64,000 nt of DNA from Sedimentisphaerales bacterium. Lineage in GTDB: Bacteria > Planctomycetota > Phycisphaerae > Sedimentisphaerales > Anaerobacaceae. Each line of letters starts with the position of its first letter. Position 1 is the first letter of the stretch. The DNA lies in assembly GCA_963708075.1 (NCBI GenBank), contig OY970194.1, positions 192,001 to 256,000 of the forward strand. Direction: 5' to 3'. Both the position numbers and the translations under genes were made by a program. Shown here one piece after another: positions 51,217-60,697 of this stretch. A model generated the notes under the pieces. The model was not told the origin of the DNA. It worked only from the letters and a program-made list of their open reading frames with translations, and searched no databases.

Positions 51217-52590
51217 ATGAAAACGCAATGGGGAAGGTTGGCCTTGACGGCGATTCTCTCGCTATCCCTGGTAGCTGGAATTGCTGTGGCCAATGAGAAT
51301 CCATACACCGACCAGCCGACGAGCCAGACGACGCAGTTTCAGCCGAAACTTGAAAAAGCGAACGAGCTGATCGGTGCCAAGGTGATCAACAGCCAGGGAG
51401 AACGTCTCGGAACCGTTGAGGACATCGTCTTGACGCCTCATCGCGATGCAATCAGCTACGTAGCGCTGTCCCGCGGCGGCGTTCTGGGTATTGGCGACAA
51501 GCTCTACGCCGTTCCGTGGTCTGCATTTGAGGCGAGACCTCAGGAGCACGCCCTGGTCCTGAATATCAAGGAGGACTATTTCAAGACGGCCAAGAGCTTC
51601 GACAAGGGCAACTGGCCGAGTGTGGCTGACCGGAGCTGGCTCGAAGCGGCCGGCGAACGCCATGAGTACGGCGAGGAGCCGCGAGGCGAAGCTGATGAAC
51701 CCATGAGTGCTGAGCGGCCATCAACGCCACAGGCGATGGAACGCATGGGGCCGACTACTCCCAGCGATGAGGCAGCTATGCCAACTGCCAGCATCAAGTA
51801 CAGACGGCTGACCGAGCTGATCGGCACGACCATCAAGAACCCTGCCGGTACCGAACTCGGCGAGCTGGACAATGTTGTTTTCGACGTTCAACAGGGCAAG
51901 GTAGCCTATGGTATTCTGTCGGTGAGCAGCGGCTTCCTGGGTATGAACAAGAAGCTGGCCGCCATTCCGTGGTCGTCGATTGAGATCAACGAGCGTCAGG
52001 GAGTGGCAATGCTGAACGCGGACAAGGAAACACTCCAGGCGATTGCTTTCGACGAGAACAATTTCCCGAACCTTGCGGACGCCCAGTACAGCCAGGACCT
52101 CCACCAGCGGTTCAACGCCCGACCTTATTGGGAAGCGCTCGGGTATGTTCCGGGTGAGCCGCGGGCTCGTGACATGATGTCGCCCCGGGCCCCAAGCCGT
52201 GAGTACACCGGAATCCCCGGCAGCGAGTACAACAAGATGTACAATCCCAATGAGGTGAAGACGCTGCACGGCACGATTGAGAGCGTGGGAACCTTCAACA
52301 TGGAGGGTGCACCTGAGGGGACGCCCGTCAGCGGAGTGCGTCTGCGTATTCGCACCGATGACGGCAATCTGGTGACGGTCTATACCGGGCCTCGGTCTTA
52401 TCTGGAAAGCCGCAACACATGGTTCCATCATGGCGACGAGGTTACGGTCACGGGGTCTGAGGCCAAGGTCGGCTGGCGCGACGTGATTCTGGCCGCACAA
52501 ATCAAGAAGGGCGACCAGACACTCGACCTGCGATCCAAGGAAGGCAGACCACTTTGGAATATGGAGGAATCCAGAAGTGCCAATAGGTAG
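51217..52590 (+). CDS. Exported protein with two PRC-barrel domains and a C-terminal OB-fold-like domain
   Basis: Two LIG..V.N..GE.LG.V.D modules with A(V/I)PWS; signal peptide; AGGAG RBS. Confidence 0.85.
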   Translation: MKTQWGRLALTAILSLSLVAGIAVANENPYTDQPTSQTTQFQPKLEKANELIGAKVINSQGERLGTVEDIVLTPHRDAISYVALSRGGVLGIGDKLYAVPWSAFEARPQEHALVLNIKEDYFKTAKSFDKGNWPSVADRSWLEAAGERHEYGEEPRGEADEPMSAERPSTPQAMERMGPTTPSDEAAMPTASIKYRRLTELIGTTIKNPAGTELGELDNVVFDVQQGKVAYGILSVSSGFLGMNKKLAAIPWSSIEINERQGVAMLNADKETLQAIAFDENNFPNLADAQYSQDLHQRFNARPYWEALGYVPGEPRARDMMSPRAPSREYTGIPGSEYNKMYNPNEVKTLHGTIESVGTFNMEGAPEGTPVSGVRLRIRTDDGNLVTVYTGPRSYLESRNTWFHHGDEVTVTGSEAKVGWRDVILAAQIKKGDQTLDLRSKEGRPLWNMEESRSANR

Positions 52591-52711
52591 TGTTGTTAGC
52601 CGGCCGGCGCTTGCAGCGATCGGCTGGTAAGTTTTATTGAGGTTACAGTGGTGAGCAGCCGGGCGGCGATCCCAGCAAGGACGCCGCCCGGTATTATTTT
52701 GTGAGTCGGAG

Positions 52712-53338
52712 TTACAGGGCTTCCAGGAGGAGGTATCCCGCTCCCGCTAATGCACCGACGCCGAGAAGGATAGTGCCGAAAACAATGAAGATGGCCAGCG
52801 GATTATCGTCAATCAACCCCGTCCAAATCCATTGCCGCACGGACATCTCGTACGTCGGCGGTGTTAGTCGCTGAGCGGGCAGTGTCGGGGAGATCACGAC
52901 GGCGCGAGGGGGACTCTGGCGGCGTGGAGAGGCAGCGGGCTTGCGCACCACAGCACGAGGAGTTCGTCCTCGCCCGGTCGGCTGTTGGGGCCGGCGCGGC
53001 GGGCGTTTGGGCGCTGCCTCGCGAGGAGCGCAACCGACTCCCGCGGTTGCGACGGCCGCGGGCGGGAGCTTGATCTCCACATCGAGTGACGTATGCCCCT
53101 GGCTGGTGTGCCCCGGCCGCGTGGATCCGGCTTTGCGTTGGGCGCGGGTAGAGCGCCTTTCGCCTGTCACCGAGCCAGCTGCTACGGCCAAACCGGTGAG
53201 GTCGGCCACCTTCAGCAGCCGGCTGGAGCCATCGCGGAATTCTCGAAGGATGCCGTCATTGAGCATGGCCTCAATTTGGGCCTCTGTCGTCTCGAGCTTA
53301 TCCGCTGCCTGTTTCAGCGTACAAAACATCTGAGCCAT
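52712..53338 (-). CDS. Hypothetical protein, N-terminal excisionase-like HTH and C-terminal TM
   Basis: TLKQAA.KL...G.LREFRDG pattern; hydrophobic C-terminus. Confidence 0.6.
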   Translation of the reverse strand: MAQMFCTLKQAADKLETTEAQIEAMLNDGILREFRDGSSRLLKVADLTGLAVAAGSVTGERRSTRAQRKAGSTRPGHTSQGHTSLDVEIKLPPAAVATAGVGCAPREAAPKRPPRRPQQPTGRGRTPRAVVRKPAASPRRQSPPRAVVISPTLPAQRLTPPTYEMSVRQWIWTGLIDDNPLAIFIVFGTILLGVGALAGAGYLLLEAL

Positions 53339-53924
53339 CGATGTCTCTCCTGTCGCGTAGATCTATTCCCTGTGTTCCACCTTCTGCGCCGTGTGATTGC
53401 GAAGGCTGTTGTTGCGTTGCCAGCCGCAGGTCGTCCAGGCAGCCCCGGCACAGGTGCTGGCCGGAGTCGATGGCTTGCAGCTCGGACTGAGGAACGGACC
53501 GGCCGCAGCATTCACAGGGCACTGTCTGCGTCAACTGATCGCGCAAGCTGTTCAGCCTGGCCTCCAACTGCAGTCTCCCGGCCGTCTCCGCCTCCGCCCT
53601 GGCTTCGGCAGTAGCGATCACGTCCCTCAATGTCCTGGTCTTCTCACGGAACTGCAGCCTCAACCGCTGTATGCGCGCCGCCTGCTCGACTGTGGCTGCC
53701 GCCTTGGCTTCCGCTCGCACCGCCTCCTGCCACAGACGAAAGGCGATCTCTTCGGCGAGCTGCCGGTCCATGGTTGCACATCGGGCACCTTCCGGCTTGA
53801 GCGCACGGTTGCGAGAGGACTTCTCCCCGGGCAACTGCACGCTCCACCACCAGCGGGCCTGCTTGCGAAAAAGCCTGCCGGGCAGTCTGGCATGAGGAGA
53901 CTCGTTTGTCGTCTTGCGATTCAT
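53298..53924 (-). CDS. Hypothetical coiled-coil protein with CxxC...CxxC motif
   Basis: 208-aa ORF; CECC/CRGC near the C-terminus. Confidence 0.55.
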   Translation of the reverse strand: MNRKTTNESPHARLPGRLFRKQARWWWSVQLPGEKSSRNRALKPEGARCATMDRQLAEEIAFRLWQEAVRAEAKAAATVEQAARIQRLRLQFREKTRTLRDVIATAEARAEAETAGRLQLEARLNSLRDQLTQTVPCECCGRSVPQSELQAIDSGQHLCRGCLDDLRLATQQQPSQSHGAEGGTQGIDLRDRRDIDGSDVLYAETGSG

Positions 53925-54155
53925 CCGGTGCTCGAGTACAGCGTTTGACCGTCAGGTCCTGTTCTATCGGGATCATCCCTGCCACTCACGATTTCCCGCA
54001 CATTGGCGGCAATGTCGGGCTTCCATTATTTCTCGGCAGTCGGTGGGCCCGGATAAAGCAAAAAACAGAAAGAGCCCGCTAATCGTCGCTAAGGGAGCAC
54101 CCGATATACGTCCACGTGCCGCGAACCGGGATGCAGAGCCGGCGATGACGACGTA

Positions 54156-54941
54156 TTACATTGGCGGAGAGACCGGTAATCCGTGAGGACTCCAATCGAT
54201 TAGCCGGATGTCCCTGTCGAAGTCTTGGCTTGTGGCGATGAGCCGGCCTGTCTGGCCGGCCGCGACACTATGACCGCCGTAGGTCCAACCCGTCCAAGGG
54301 CCGTGTGTAATCTGGCCGATCAGGTTCGTGCCGACCACCGGGGCTCCGATGACCTTGGCCGCATGCGTGACGACGCGCTCGAGTTCCTTGCCGTGCTCGG
54401 GCCAGGCGTGCTCCTGCGCCGCGTAGCCGTAGGGCACAAGGACCAGATCGGGTCGCAGGTCCGCCATCCGCTGCAGGACATCCTCCACGTGCGTGTCGGC
54501 GCAGATCAGTATGCCAATCTTCCCGAATCGCGTTTGCACCGCACGGACCTCGTGTCCCGGCGAATAGGGGGGCGTCATCAGCCACTCCAGCAGGTTCATC
54601 TTTCGGTGTTTCAAAAGAACGCGCCCTTTGTCGTCGATCAGCAGGGCCGAATCGTAGAGCCGTTCGCCGTCCTTCTCCTCCAGGCCAACACAGAGATGCA
54701 ACCCATGTTCGCGGGCCAGCTCGCACAGCCGTTGAGAATCCTCGCCTGGAATGGGATGTGCCCTGTGGTGAGCGTCCGGATTCACCCATCCGTAGATCGC
54801 GGTCTCCGGCAGGCACGCAACATCTGCGCCGGCCTGCTTGGCCTCATGCACGGCGTTCCCGATCCTCGCCAGGTTGCCTCGACGATCGCCGTCCAGGCAG
54901 AGGATCTGGCACATGGCCACCCGTATTGCATTCGCTTTCAT
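54156..54941 (-). CDS. Carbon-nitrogen hydrolase family protein
   Basis: LPE, HRK and GILICAD catalytic triad motifs. Confidence 0.9.
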   Translation of the reverse strand: MKANAIRVAMCQILCLDGDRRGNLARIGNAVHEAKQAGADVACLPETAIYGWVNPDAHHRAHPIPGEDSQRLCELAREHGLHLCVGLEEKDGERLYDSALLIDDKGRVLLKHRKMNLLEWLMTPPYSPGHEVRAVQTRFGKIGILICADTHVEDVLQRMADLRPDLVLVPYGYAAQEHAWPEHGKELERVVTHAAKVIGAPVVGTNLIGQITHGPWTGWTYGGHSVAAGQTGRLIATSQDFDRDIRLIDWSPHGLPVSPPM

Positions 54942-55058
54942 CCCGTGTTGCCTCTCATGACCACTTGCCACTTTTTGCCTCTGAACGGTTGCTTTCGCGC
55001 GATTCCCGGCGTAGACTTCTACCGTTAGATACTGCATGAATAGCAGGGAATAGCGACG

Positions 55059-56261
55059 ATGAAAAGGAAATCCTTTCGCATCCTGGTCGTATGTGCAGCC
55101 GTGTGCATAGTCGCGGCTGTGGTTGTGTCCCTGATGCGCAAGACGCCCGTTCGCTATCAGGTCACGTTCCTGCCTTCTCTGGGCGGCTTTCGCACCGATC
55201 CTTATTGCATCAACGATCGCGGCCAGGTGGTCGGGACTGCGGAGACCCCGGCGCGAGGCATCTACATGTTCCTGTGGGACAAGGAGCAGGGGTTCCGCGT
55301 TCTCGAACGGTGGGATGATCCGCCTCATTCCGGCGGGCTGAGCATCAACATCGTCGGACAGATCGTCGGCACCATGGCCGATCCGAACGGCAATCAACAG
55401 GCCTTTCTCCGTGACCCGGACGGCAGCACACGATTGCTCGGCACCCTCGGCGGCAGGCAAAGCGGGGCCGATGCCATCAATAGCAGGGGACAGGTCGTCG
55501 GCAGCGCCGAAGTGCCGGACCGGAACCGGCATGCGTTCCTCTGGGACGTCATCCACGGAATGCGCGACCTGGGCACTCTTGGCGGACCCGGCAGCCATGC
55601 ATTAAGCATCAACAATGCCGGGCAGATCGTCGGTTTCGCCCAGACGGCCGACAACGCCACCCACATGGTCGTATGGGAACCGATCTCTGAGAGCGAAGGG
55701 CAGGAGACCTCGGCTGATGCCGGCTCGAATCCGTCGTCCGCAGCGTCCAACTCTCCGCCGGGGAATGTCTCCGGCCGGCACTCGTCAGGCTACAGGATGA
55801 CTGACCTCGGTTATGGAGGCATCGGCCCGTTCACAATCGAGATCAACGATCACGGGCTGGCGGTCCGGCGGTTCGGCAAGACAAGCGGGAAGACTTACTT
55901 CATGACCTGGACCCAGGCCACGGGCTCCAAGACGCTGGATTTCGTCATCGATTCCGCCTGGCCGTGCGGACTGAACGAGAATAACCAGTTTCTCATTCGC
56001 GCCAGGGCCACGGGCTGGAGGATGTTTGGCCGGACCTTCAATCGCCGTCACCAGTGCTATTTCTGGGATCCCAACGACGGCCCGGTGCTGCTGGAGCGAC
56101 ATCTACCGGTGAAGGACATCGTGTATTTCGTAGTCAGAGAGCTCAACAATCACGGGCAGATCGTCGGAGTGCTGCAAACGAAGGACACCGATCAGGTCCG
56201 AGGGGTCTTGCTTGAGAAGATAGAAGGTAGAAAGATGGAAGGTAAGAAGGTGGGAAGGTGA
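55059..56261 (+). CDS. Extracellular HAF-repeat protein
   Basis: Repeated IN..GQ(V/I)VG, HAFLW and DLGTLGG; N-terminal anchor. Confidence 0.85.
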   Translation: MKRKSFRILVVCAAVCIVAAVVVSLMRKTPVRYQVTFLPSLGGFRTDPYCINDRGQVVGTAETPARGIYMFLWDKEQGFRVLERWDDPPHSGGLSINIVGQIVGTMADPNGNQQAFLRDPDGSTRLLGTLGGRQSGADAINSRGQVVGSAEVPDRNRHAFLWDVIHGMRDLGTLGGPGSHALSINNAGQIVGFAQTADNATHMVVWEPISESEGQETSADAGSNPSSAASNSPPGNVSGRHSSGYRMTDLGYGGIGPFTIEINDHGLAVRRFGKTSGKTYFMTWTQATGSKTLDFVIDSAWPCGLNENNQFLIRARATGWRMFGRTFNRRHQCYFWDPNDGPVLLERHLPVKDIVYFVVRELNNHGQIVGVLQTKDTDQVRGVLLEKIEGRKMEGKKVGR

Positions 56262-56322
56262 GAAGGGAAGATCTTTGCCTTGTCTCTCCTACCTTCTTAC
56301 CCTCTCGGTCCTCTGCCGGCAG

Positions 56323-57009
56323 TCATGTGTCTTGGGGCGGCTCAAATTTGTAGCCAATCTCACGGACGGTGTGGATGAACATTGGATTGTGCGGGTCCGG
56401 CTCGATCTTGTTGCGCAAGGTTGTGACGAAGCGGTCGATGCTGCGTGAGCCGACGAAGGAGTCGTAGCCCCAGACGAGATTGAGGATTTCGTCGCGCGTC
56501 AGGGCCCGGCCGGGCTTTTTCACGAACAGCTCCAGCAGGCGGAACTCCTTGGGCGACAGCTTGATCTCTTCGTCCTTCCGGGTGAACCGGCGGGCGGGGA
56601 TATCCAGGCGGCAGTCGCCGAATTCATAAACCTCCTGCTCTGTCTTTCGTGTGCGGCGAAGCATCGCTTCGGCCCGGGCCAGGAGCTCCTTGATGCTGAA
56701 CGGCTTGGTGACGTAGTCGTCGGCCCCGAGGTTCAGGCCGAGGATGATGTCCGATTCCTCGCCCTTGGCCGTGAGCATGATAATGGGCATGTCCAGCTTC
56801 TCCCGGCGAACGAGCCGGCAGACCTCGTAGCCGTTGATCTTCGGCAGCATGATGTCGAGCAGGATCAGGTCCGGCTTGGCGTTCAGGGCGGTGTTGAGAC
56901 CCTCCTCGCCGTCTTCCGCGGTCAGAACGTGGTAGCCGTGGAACTCGAAATTGTCCTTGAGACCCCGAAGCATCGTCGGGTCGTCTTCAACGATGAGCAC
57001 TGTTTCCAT
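56323..57009 (-). CDS. OmpR-family response regulator
   Basis: VEDD, LLDIMLP, GADDYVTKPF, winged-helix C-terminus. Confidence 0.94.
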   Translation of the reverse strand: METVLIVEDDPTMLRGLKDNFEFHGYHVLTAEDGEEGLNTALNAKPDLILLDIMLPKINGYEVCRLVRREKLDMPIIMLTAKGEESDIILGLNLGADDYVTKPFSIKELLARAEAMLRRTRKTEQEVYEFGDCRLDIPARRFTRKDEEIKLSPKEFRLLELFVKKPGRALTRDEILNLVWGYDSFVGSRSIDRFVTTLRNKIEPDPHNPMFIHTVREIGYKFEPPQDT

Positions 57010-57126
57010 GGGCAAGTGGGAAGTTTGAAGTGTGATGTGTGAAGTCGGAGGTTTCACACTTCATATAGGCAACTTCAAACTTCAGGCTCCAGATTTCTTG
57101 TGACTTCAAACATCAAACATCAAACG

Positions 57127-57801
57127 TCAGACTTCAAACTTATACCCGATACTCGGGATCGCGTGAATGAACTGCGGCTGGCGGGGGTCGGGCTCGACCT
57201 TGCCCCGCAGGCTGTCGATGGCCTTCTCGATGTCTCGCAGGGAGATGAAGTGCGAGTAGCCCCAGACGGCGGTGCGGATCTCGTCCTGGGTGAGGGGGCA
57301 GCCGGACTTCTGCAGGAACAGATGGAGCATTTTGAACTCGCCGGGCGTGAGCTCGACCTCCTTGCCGCCGCGACGCAAGCACCGGCCCGCGACGTCCAGT
57401 TGGCAGTCGCCGAACTCATAGACGGGCGGCTCCGACTCCTTGCGGCGACGCATAAACGCCTCGGCCCGCGCCATCAGCTCCTTGATGCTGAACGGCTTGG
57501 TCACGTAGTCGTCGGCCCCGAGGTTCAGGCCGAGCACGATGTCCGACTCCTGGTCCTTCGCCGTGAGCATGATGATCGGCATCTCCAGGCCGTGCTCCCG
57601 CACGTGCGAGCAGACCTCGTAGCCGTTGATCTCGGGCAGCATGATGTCCAGCAGGATCAGGTCGGGCTTCTCCTTCAACGCCGTCTCCAGGCCCTGCTTG
57701 CCGTCGATGGCCGTGAGGACGTAGTAGCCCTTCATCTCGAAGTTGTCTTTCAGCCCCCGCAGCATCGCAGGGTCGTCCTCGACAATCAGCACTGTTCGCA
57801 T
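57127..57801 (-). CDS. OmpR-family response regulator (paralog)
   Basis: Same motifs; highly similar to the adjacent gene. Confidence 0.94.
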   Translation of the reverse strand: MRTVLIVEDDPAMLRGLKDNFEMKGYYVLTAIDGKQGLETALKEKPDLILLDIMLPEINGYEVCSHVREHGLEMPIIMLTAKDQESDIVLGLNLGADDYVTKPFSIKELMARAEAFMRRRKESEPPVYEFGDCQLDVAGRCLRRGGKEVELTPGEFKMLHLFLQKSGCPLTQDEIRTAVWGYSHFISLRDIEKAIDSLRGKVEPDPRQPQFIHAIPSIGYKFEV

Positions 57802-58183
57802 ACCCGACCTTACCCAAGGCGTCTTATCCTGACCCGCCGGCCCTCGGCCGTACGAACCTCATACGATAGCCTCAACGGCCCACGCCTGTCAAATACAACC
57901 GTCCAACGAGCAGTTCAGGCCCGGCTTGCCTCATGCATGGTAATGCCCGCGGAGACGCAAGATGTACGTGTTTAGCCTGGACGCGCCCAGTCCTGGGTGG
58001 CACGGGCAAACTTGTTTGCCCGTGGGGTCTCGATTGACCAGACTCGGTCGAATGAGCACCGTCAAACGAGTTTGGCGGTGCCACCCGGCGAACGGCGCGC
58101 TTCACGCTAAACACGTACCGCAAGATATTGCGTCTCTACACGCGGCCCCTGCGGTTGGCGTCGTTCGGGACGGCGAGCCTGAC

Positions 58184-58391
58184 TCAATTCAGCGACGGCT
58201 CGTCCAGCGTGTCCAGGCCCATGATGGCCTCGTCCATGAACACCCGCCGGCCGGCGAGGGTATCGGTCGCTGCATAGACGCCTCCGCGCTTTGGGGTCAT
58301 AACAGGCGTACCACGTGTAGTGTCGCAGCCATTCGTAATCCTCGTCGTCCACCATCGCGTTCTGTCCGTTGCCCAATGGGATCAGCTTCAT
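58184..58391 (-). CDS. Small protein resembling the pre-HNH segment of HNH-AP2 proteins; +1 frameshift at ~58291
   Basis: MKLIPLGNGQNAMVDDEDYEWL..Y.W continues as KRGGVYAATDTLAGRRVFMDEAIMG after removing one A; AGGAGG RBS. Confidence 0.6.
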
Positions 58392-58446
58392 GGTTCTTCT
58401 ACCTCCTTCTTGGTTTAGGGCTTCCGGAAGAAACTTCCAGGAGGGC

Positions 58447-59580
58447 CTACTTAGAAGGAGAAGAAACACGCCTTTCGTTTCTTCTCCTTCGCGGCGCTTC
58501 GCCGCGCGCCGGGACCTGGGCAGGCCCTGCCTGTTCCTGCCAAATCCAAACGGCGGGATTTGGCGGAACAATAGGCCCTCCTGGAAGTTTTTTCCGGAAG
58601 CCATTAGCTTTCGCGCGGACCCGATGGCCAACGCCGTTCTTGTCAAAGGTCCAATCCTCCGGAAAGTTGAGATAGGCGTAGGGGCCGTGGAGCTCGACCG
58701 CCTTGCGGTCCCGAGCCTTGGCCGCCTCGACCTCATCGGTGTAAGACCCGAGATGATACTTTTTGCCGCGATGCCGGATCTCCGCGTACCAGCGATTTCT
58801 CCGCCGCCAGACACCCACGAACCGCGACGCTCCGCCGCGTGGCCCGCGGTTGGCCATGTTCTGCCCCGCCGTGCACTCGCGCAGGTTGCGCCGGCAGTTG
58901 TTCAAGCCGTTACCGTCGATGTGGTCCACCTGGTAGCCCCGGCGCGGCCTCAGGAGAAAACGGTGCATCAGCACGTGCCGGCCGCGGATCACAGTCTGCG
59001 CGTAGACTTTGACGCCCACGCGCAGGACCGACCATTTGTACTTGCTGATCTCGGCGTAGTCGGCGGCATCGACTGTGGCGAACAGGCCATGCGACAGCGG
59101 GACGCGGCGGACGCCTTTCTGACGTTTTGGCCGCCACGGTGGCCGCTCGGCGGGCTTCGCGCGGGCACGCCGCCAGCATTTGGGTTTGAAATTCCGGCAC
59201 GTGTCGGTCCCCAGGACCTCGATCATCTCGCCAGGACGGGCCGCGTGATTGGTGCACAGCAGGGGAGTGTCCTGCCGTAGCCACCGGTCGCGTATTCGGC
59301 GGGACTCGGGCTGTGAAAAGCCGTACCGACACAGCAGGCACTTGCCCTCGAACAGGATTCCATAGATTCGCTTCCATCGTTCGCCCCGGTATTGCGGCGG
59401 CCAGACATCGCTCTCCGGCGGCGGCACCCGCAGCCGTCGAAGCCGACGCCCCCGACATCCCTCCGGCGGCCGCCCCCGCGGATCGCACGGCTCTTCCGGC
59501 CGTGCCCGTGTGACTTCCCGCCTGCCTGCTTTTGCCCTCTTCCCCTTTGCTTCCCGCTTCTGTCCCTTCCGCGTCTTCAT
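58447..59580 (-). CDS. HNH endonuclease with AP2 DNA-binding domain and Cys-rich N-terminus
   Basis: VDHIDGNGLNNCRRNLR (HNH); SRFVGV..WYAEI...HLGSY.DE.EAAKARD..A (AP2). Confidence 0.88.
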   Translation of the reverse strand: MKTRKGQKREAKGKRAKAGRREVTRARPEEPCDPRGRPPEGCRGRRLRRLRVPPPESDVWPPQYRGERWKRIYGILFEGKCLLCRYGFSQPESRRIRDRWLRQDTPLLCTNHAARPGEMIEVLGTDTCRNFKPKCWRRARAKPAERPPWRPKRQKGVRRVPLSHGLFATVDAADYAEISKYKWSVLRVGVKVYAQTVIRGRHVLMHRFLLRPRRGYQVDHIDGNGLNNCRRNLRECTAGQNMANRGPRGGASRFVGVWRRRNRWYAEIRHRGKKYHLGSYTDEVEAAKARDRKAVELHGPYAYLNFPEDWTFDKNGVGHRVRAKANGFRKKLPGGPIVPPNPAVWIWQEQAGPAQVPARGEAPRRRRNERRVSSPSK

Positions 59581-59636
59581 TGCGCTCCCCTTCCATCAAA
59601 AAGTCCGAAGCACGGCATCCGAGTTTTCCTATGCAT

Positions 59637-59665
59637 ATGATATAATGACCAGTCGCCTCCGTCAA
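59637..59665 (-). promoter_or_regulatory. Sigma70-type promoter for the HNH-AP2 gene
   Basis: TTGACG-N17-TATCAT on minus strand. Confidence 0.55.
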
Positions 59666-60109
59666 GATAAATAATCGCCAAATATCCAAATTTTGTTGCG
59701 TGCTAAACCTCTATCCCATCAAGACTAAGGAGAGCCGAAGAGAAAAATGTCGCGGCGTGACCTGGGGTGGCAGCCCGAGCCCGCAGCGCGACAGAGAATA
59801 GCCCAGCGATTGATCGCTGGGAAACCGGACCCGGGATGGAACCAGTCCCGTAAGGGACGAAAGAGGTGGTTCTGTCCACCGAACGAGTCGCCGCGGGCCA
59901 AGCCAATAGTATGGCATCGGGAAGACTGGTTGTCCGGTGACAGATGAGATAGGGAATTGACTATGGTGTCTCGCGATTGGCCCGATTGTGATTGCCAAAA
60001 GAATGTGAAATATGTAGGTGTGACCCCCTATCCGCCCGTGATGGAACCAGTCCCGTAAGGGACAAAAGAGGGCCGATATCCGCGTCTTCTCGTTTTTCGC
60101 TAATAGGCT

Positions 60110-60697
60110 CTACGATTTGGATCTGGCGAAGCTCAACAGTAGGCCGAACTCGCCATCATCTGCTTCGTGCAAAGCATCAAAGTATTTCTTCCTTAGCTCA
60201 CCAACCTGCTCCAGAGGACCTCCTCCCCACGAAAACGCTGGCTTGCCCAGGACCCTCTGCATCAGAACATCAGCCATCAGCCTGGCGTGACGTCCGTTGC
60301 CGTTAGGAAATGGATGAATCCAGACAAGCCTGTGGTGAAACCGCACGCCGATCTCGTCCTGAGGAAATATGGAGTGCTCAATCCAGTACCTCGCATCCGC
60401 ACACAGCTTCGGCACTTCATCCTGAATCTGCCAGACCTTGACGCCGAGGTTCTTCTCGGTCGTCCTGTACTGCCCCGCCCACGTCCACGTCTCGTCAAAC
60501 ATCTTCCTGTGCAACAGGCGCACAGATGGTTCGCTCAAGACGTCCCAAAGCCTCACTCGATTCAGCCACCGGTGCGCTCTGTCTATGTTCAGAGCTTCCC
60601 ATGTGTCCAGTTCACCACGCGTCACAATGTGGCCTGGGATCAGGCCTTGAAGCTCGTCCTCAGAAAGAGGAGTAGCTCCCTCAGGATACTGGATCAT
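60110..60697 (-). CDS. Mobile mystery protein B (Fic family)
   Basis: GATPL..DEL.GL, W.WAG.YR, IHPFPNGNGRHARL. Confidence 0.9.
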   Translation of the reverse strand: MIQYPEGATPLSEDELQGLIPGHIVTRGELDTWEALNIDRAHRWLNRVRLWDVLSEPSVRLLHRKMFDETWTWAGQYRTTEKNLGVKVWQIQDEVPKLCADARYWIEHSIFPQDEIGVRFHHRLVWIHPFPNGNGRHARLMADVLMQRVLGKPAFSWGGGPLEQVGELRKKYFDALHEADDGEFGLLLSFARSKS

